Source: Bdellovibrionota bacterium | GTDB lineage: Bacteria > Bdellovibrionota_C > UBA2361 > JBGSMV01 | Length of the DNA: 10,047 nt | Direction: 5' to 3' | NCBI GenBank assembly: GCA_044356455.1 | Contig: JBIKWF010000138.1 | Location: 1-10,047, forward strand | Shown here: positions 7,568-10,047 of the stretch, piece by piece | Layout: each line of letters starts with the position of its first letter | How positions within the stretch are numbered: the stretch's first letter is position 1 | Notes under the pieces: generated by a model | The model's input: the letters and a program-made list of their open reading frames with translations, nothing else | Databases searched by the model: none | What the model was told of the DNA's origin: nothing | Made by a program: the position numbers and the translations under genes

Positions 7568-8404
7568 TTATGATTTTGCGAGGGCGTTAAGGATTCGAGT
7601 CAAAAATGCGTGAAACTTAGGAGCCGCTGCCTTCCCGGCGGCGAGCACCTCTTCGTGGGTAAGCGGGGCGCCCTCGGTCATTTGAGACGAAACGAAGGTG
7701 AGTCCAAGCACTGAGCATTGCATCTGACGCGCCGCGAGTACTTCAGGTGCGGTAGATTTCCCCACCACGTCGCCGCCGAGCAAATGCATCATGCGGATTT
7801 CAGCAGGGGTCTCATAGCCACTTTGGCGGTAGTAGAAATAGGTGCCCTCTTTTAAAGGGAAGTGATTTGCAGCAGCCTGCCGCGCAACCGTCTGGAGCTC
7901 TCGGTCGTAGGGCTGAGACATATCATAGAAGAGTGGGCCTAACGATGGATGGTAGACTCCCTCACTTGGGTCATCGCAAAACATAGCGATATGGTCGGTG
8001 ATGAGCATTATGTCACCGATGCGGAGCTTGGGATTTATGCCGCCGGCCGAGTTGGTAATGATAAAGGACTTAATCCCCATCGCGCCCAAAACACGCGTCG
8101 GAAATGCAACCGTACGAGCAGGATATCCCTCGTAAAGGTGAGTTCGGCCTTCGAGAAGAACAACTGAGAGATCCCCAAATTTTCCAAAGAGAAGTTTGCC
8201 CGCATGACCAGATACGGTCGCCTCGGCGAAGTGCGGAATTTCAGAAAAATTCACCTCCTGGCGCTCGGAAAGTTCCTCCTTCAAACCACCAAGGCCACTT
8301 CCAAGCACCACACAAACCGTAGGCCGAAATGGTGTGGTTTTAAGAAGAAAATCTCTGCTTTCTGCGATTTGAGAAGCGTACTGGAGTCCTTCCTTCGTCG
8401 TCAT
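7568..8404 (-). CDS. Purine nucleoside phosphorylase family protein (trimeric NP-I, punA/xapA type) with atypical base-binding residues
   Basis: Motifs VLGSGLG, VSGHAG, GRTHLYEG, ITNSAGGIN, ITDHI, YETPAE, VGKSTAPE and THEEV. I prefer the ATG at 8404-8402, which forms an ATGA overlap with the upstream stop, over the TTG at 8422. This gives 278 aa. Confidence 0.92.
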   Translation of the reverse strand: MTTKEGLQYASQIAESRDFLLKTTPFRPTVCVVLGSGLGGLKEELSERQEVNFSEIPHFAEATVSGHAGKLLFGKFGDLSVVLLEGRTHLYEGYPARTVAFPTRVLGAMGIKSFIITNSAGGINPKLRIGDIMLITDHIAMFCDDPSEGVYHPSLGPLFYDMSQPYDRELQTVARQAAANHFPLKEGTYFYYRQSGYETPAEIRMMHLLGGDVVGKSTAPEVLAARQMQCSVLGLTFVSSQMTEGAPLTHEEVLAAGKAAAPKFHAFLTRILNALAKS

Positions 8405-9270
8405 AATAATTTTCGCCAACAAGAAACTTCGGTAAATCTATTGCCGTAAAGCTTGCGAAGCGCATCCGAAGACTCTTTACGCCAGTTGCGGAGAAAAACG
8501 TGGTCTACGCCGTTCTCAAGCATCCAGCCAGCAGCCTCAACATTGTCTTCTAGCCCAATCACCTTGCGGTACTCTATGACTAAGGGCCGCCAGAATTCTG
8601 GGGTAGCCTTCGTGGGCGCGTATTCGCCTGCGCATACCACACAATCGGGGGCGAAATAATCGCTAAAGTTGCCGCGTTCGAGAAACCAGTTAGCGAGGGG
8701 CCGAGCTGAGCCAGTAGTGACAATCGCTGGAACATCAGCCGCCCGCAAAAGATCTAGGCAGTCTCGGGCCCCAGGGAGGGGCTCTAAGTTAAGCTCTAGG
8801 GGCAAGGTGCCTGCTCTAAGCTGTGCAACAAGAGCATGGAAATGAGCGTAGAAGTCGTCAAAGCTAGTTCTGGTGAAAGCGCCGTGCGCTCTCCCGAGAT
8901 TGAAAAGGCCATTCATGATCTCATGGCCCGCCAGCGACTGAAGTTCATAGTGTTTTTTCCGCACCTCGTTCGCATTGTCAAAACCAAAGTGGCCGCAAGT
9001 GGCAATTTCTAACTCTGTATAAACTTGAGAGGTGTCGACCAACGTCATGTCGAGATCTATAAAAGCAGCAGAGGGACGCATTTCCTCAAGTGCTTTGCTA
9101 AGTCTCCCGACGTACTCTTCGCTCGGACTTGGCACGGGGGGCGCCGCGAGGGGAAGATTCCAAATGCAAGATTCAACATTTACGCTCGCGCCGGCGGGAG
9201 GCGCCGCCGAGGTGCCCGTCGCGGGGGGAGGTGGGATGTTTCTGTCTCGTTTTGAGTGCTCTGGCGTCAT
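8401..9270 (-). CDS. HAD-superfamily (subfamily IA-like) phosphatase
   Basis: Motif I FIDLDMTLVDT (DxDxT), helical cap, PLPGA..LL, motif II IVTTGS, motif III K in PTKATPE, motif IV GLEDN. A ~60-aa Pro-rich N-terminal extension with no clear SD means the true start may be downstream (e.g. MRPSAAFID). Confidence 0.85.
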   Translation of the reverse strand: MTPEHSKRDRNIPPPPATGTSAAPPAGASVNVESCIWNLPLAAPPVPSPSEEYVGRLSKALEEMRPSAAFIDLDMTLVDTSQVYTELEIATCGHFGFDNANEVRKKHYELQSLAGHEIMNGLFNLGRAHGAFTRTSFDDFYAHFHALVAQLRAGTLPLELNLEPLPGARDCLDLLRAADVPAIVTTGSARPLANWFLERGNFSDYFAPDCVVCAGEYAPTKATPEFWRPLVIEYRKVIGLEDNVEAAGWMLENGVDHVFLRNWRKESSDALRKLYGNRFTEVSCWRKLL

Positions 9271-9452
9271 AGGAGTTTACAACTGGCGCCCCAATTCACT
9301 TGCGAATGAGGGTCCGGTTGTATGCGATTTTGCACGCATACTCAAGTTCAAGGGGGATATTCAGCCCTGCTTGGCGGCTTGCCCTACGGCGGCTGCAAGC
9401 AGGCGAAATTAAGCGAATATTCATCATTTCCACACACGGTCCTAACAATAGA

Positions 9453-9480
9453 AGTATAGGCTTCCCCTGCCTGAGGGCAA
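9453..9480 (-). promoter_or_regulatory. Candidate sigma70-type promoter for the HAD-PNP-UPRT operon
   Basis: Minus strand TTGCCC (9480-9475), 16-bp spacer, TATACT (9458-9453). Confidence 0.4.
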
Positions 9481-9490
9481 ATGCCTGAGC

Positions 9491-9519
9491 TTGGGCAAAG
9501 CTCGTTGGTCTTTTAAAAT
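9491..9519 (+). promoter_or_regulatory. Candidate sigma70-type promoter for the small hypothetical ORF
   Basis: TTGGGC (9491-9496), 17-bp spacer, TAAAAT (9514-9519); back-to-back with the minus-strand candidate. Confidence 0.4.
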
Positions 9520-9544
9520 CGATTTGTTGTTAGTAGGTGGTCGT

Positions 9545-9805
9545 ATGAATTCATCTCAATTCACTTCCGAATTGCTCGCTTTGTCGCAAATGCTAGAGGG
9601 ACAGGCGGATAATTCGGGTAAAAAGGTAGGTGGAGAAGACCACAATTTTCACGTGGTGTGCGATGAGCTCCTTACTAAGATTCGAGATCATGTCGTGAAG
9701 TCTCGCCAGGGGAGTTACGGAGTCGCTACCCAGTCTGATGATGCCCAGCCTGTTGCTAACCAAGCAGTTTCCCCCTTGGATGTGCGGGAATTTGGGTATC
9801 TTTAG
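9545..9805 (+). CDS. Small hypothetical protein (86 aa)
   Basis: ATG at 9545 preceded by SD-like AGGTGG (9535-9540) and a promoter-like sequence. Two amphipathic-looking helices (FTSELLALSQML; FHVVCDELLTKIRDHV). Followed by a REP-like element, as ligA is. Confidence 0.6.
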   Translation: MNSSQFTSELLALSQMLEGQADNSGKKVGGEDHNFHVVCDELLTKIRDHVVKSRQGSYGVATQSDDAQPVANQAVSPLDVREFGYL

Positions 9806-9810
9806 TGCCG

Positions 9811-9963
9811 GGTAGGGCGCCGCGTTCCGCCTCTGCCGGTAGGCGACGGCGCGACAAGCCCCGCGGTGCCGCAAGATCTTGCTACGAAGAAGTTCGCTGC
9901 TTGATAGGCGCGTAAGGGTGAGCCGGGAGATCTTTCGGCAGCGCAGGGACGCGCCGCCCTACC
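9811..9963. repeat. Solitary, internally rearranged copy of the GTAG REP/REPIN-like element
   Basis: Begins GGTAGGGCGCCGCGTTCCGCCTCTGCCGGTAGGCGACGGCGCGAC (matches the left end of the 915-1411 units) and ends AGATCTTTCGGCAGCGCAGGGACGCGCCGCCCTACC (matches their right end). Confidence 0.88.
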
Positions 9964-9977
9964 TTTGGTTTTAGAAC

Positions 9978-10005
9978 AACCACTAAGACCACAGAGACCA
10001 CAAAG
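9978..10005 (+). repeat. Single arm of the CACAGAG 9-mer repeat family
   Basis: a-accactaag-accacagag-accacaaag: three 9-bp units as in 3934-3963; no complementary arm within the window. Confidence 0.7.
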
Positions 10006-10047
10006 GGAAGGAAAAATTCGTCCATCATTTGGTTCTGGAGCTTATTC

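Noticed and set aside
8405..8422. TTG start for PNP given in the ORF track
   Set aside because: The ATG at 8404 gives a classic ATGA coupling with the HAD stop and a typical protein length.
9280..9380. 6S RNA (GTTCAAGGG...CAGCCCTGC..GGCGGC resembles a 6S 3' arm)
   Set aside because: I could not find the complementary 5' arm needed for the long rod structure; an Rfam scan would settle it.
9491..9544. TTG-start extension of the small ORF to 104 aa
   Set aside because: It overlaps the promoter-like sequence, whereas the ATG at 9545 has an SD-like motif.
84..9874. Remaining short ORFs overlapping ligA, the DUF4394-like gene, the membrane protein gene, gltX, PNP, HAD and the small ORF
   Set aside because: They are alternate-frame or antisense shadows of better-supported genes, with no recognisable motifs.

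Overview
Bacterial chromosomal window, mostly housekeeping and metabolic genes, with no CRISPR array, RNA gene or transposase that I can recognise. It contains the 3' part of NAD-dependent DNA ligase (ligA), a secreted protein with two DUF4394-like domains, a single-pass membrane hypothetical protein, glutamyl-tRNA synthetase (gltX) and a small hypothetical ORF. A minus-strand three-gene operon encodes a HAD-family phosphatase, a trimeric-type purine nucleoside phosphorylase and a uracil phosphoribosyltransferase-like protein. This operon is the best candidate for something new. The phosphorylase and the PRTase keep their phosphate/PRPP-binding motifs but are altered at the motifs that normally recognise the base, suggesting salvage or conversion of a non-canonical nucleoside (inference, from motif comparison by eye). 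Intergenic gaps carry two unrelated palindromic repeat families: a GGTAG...CTACC REP/REPIN-like element (tandem array at 915-1411, rearranged copy at 9811-9963) and a 9-bp-periodic CACAGAG/CTCTGTG hairpin family (3887-3963, 6482-6560, half copy 9978-10005).
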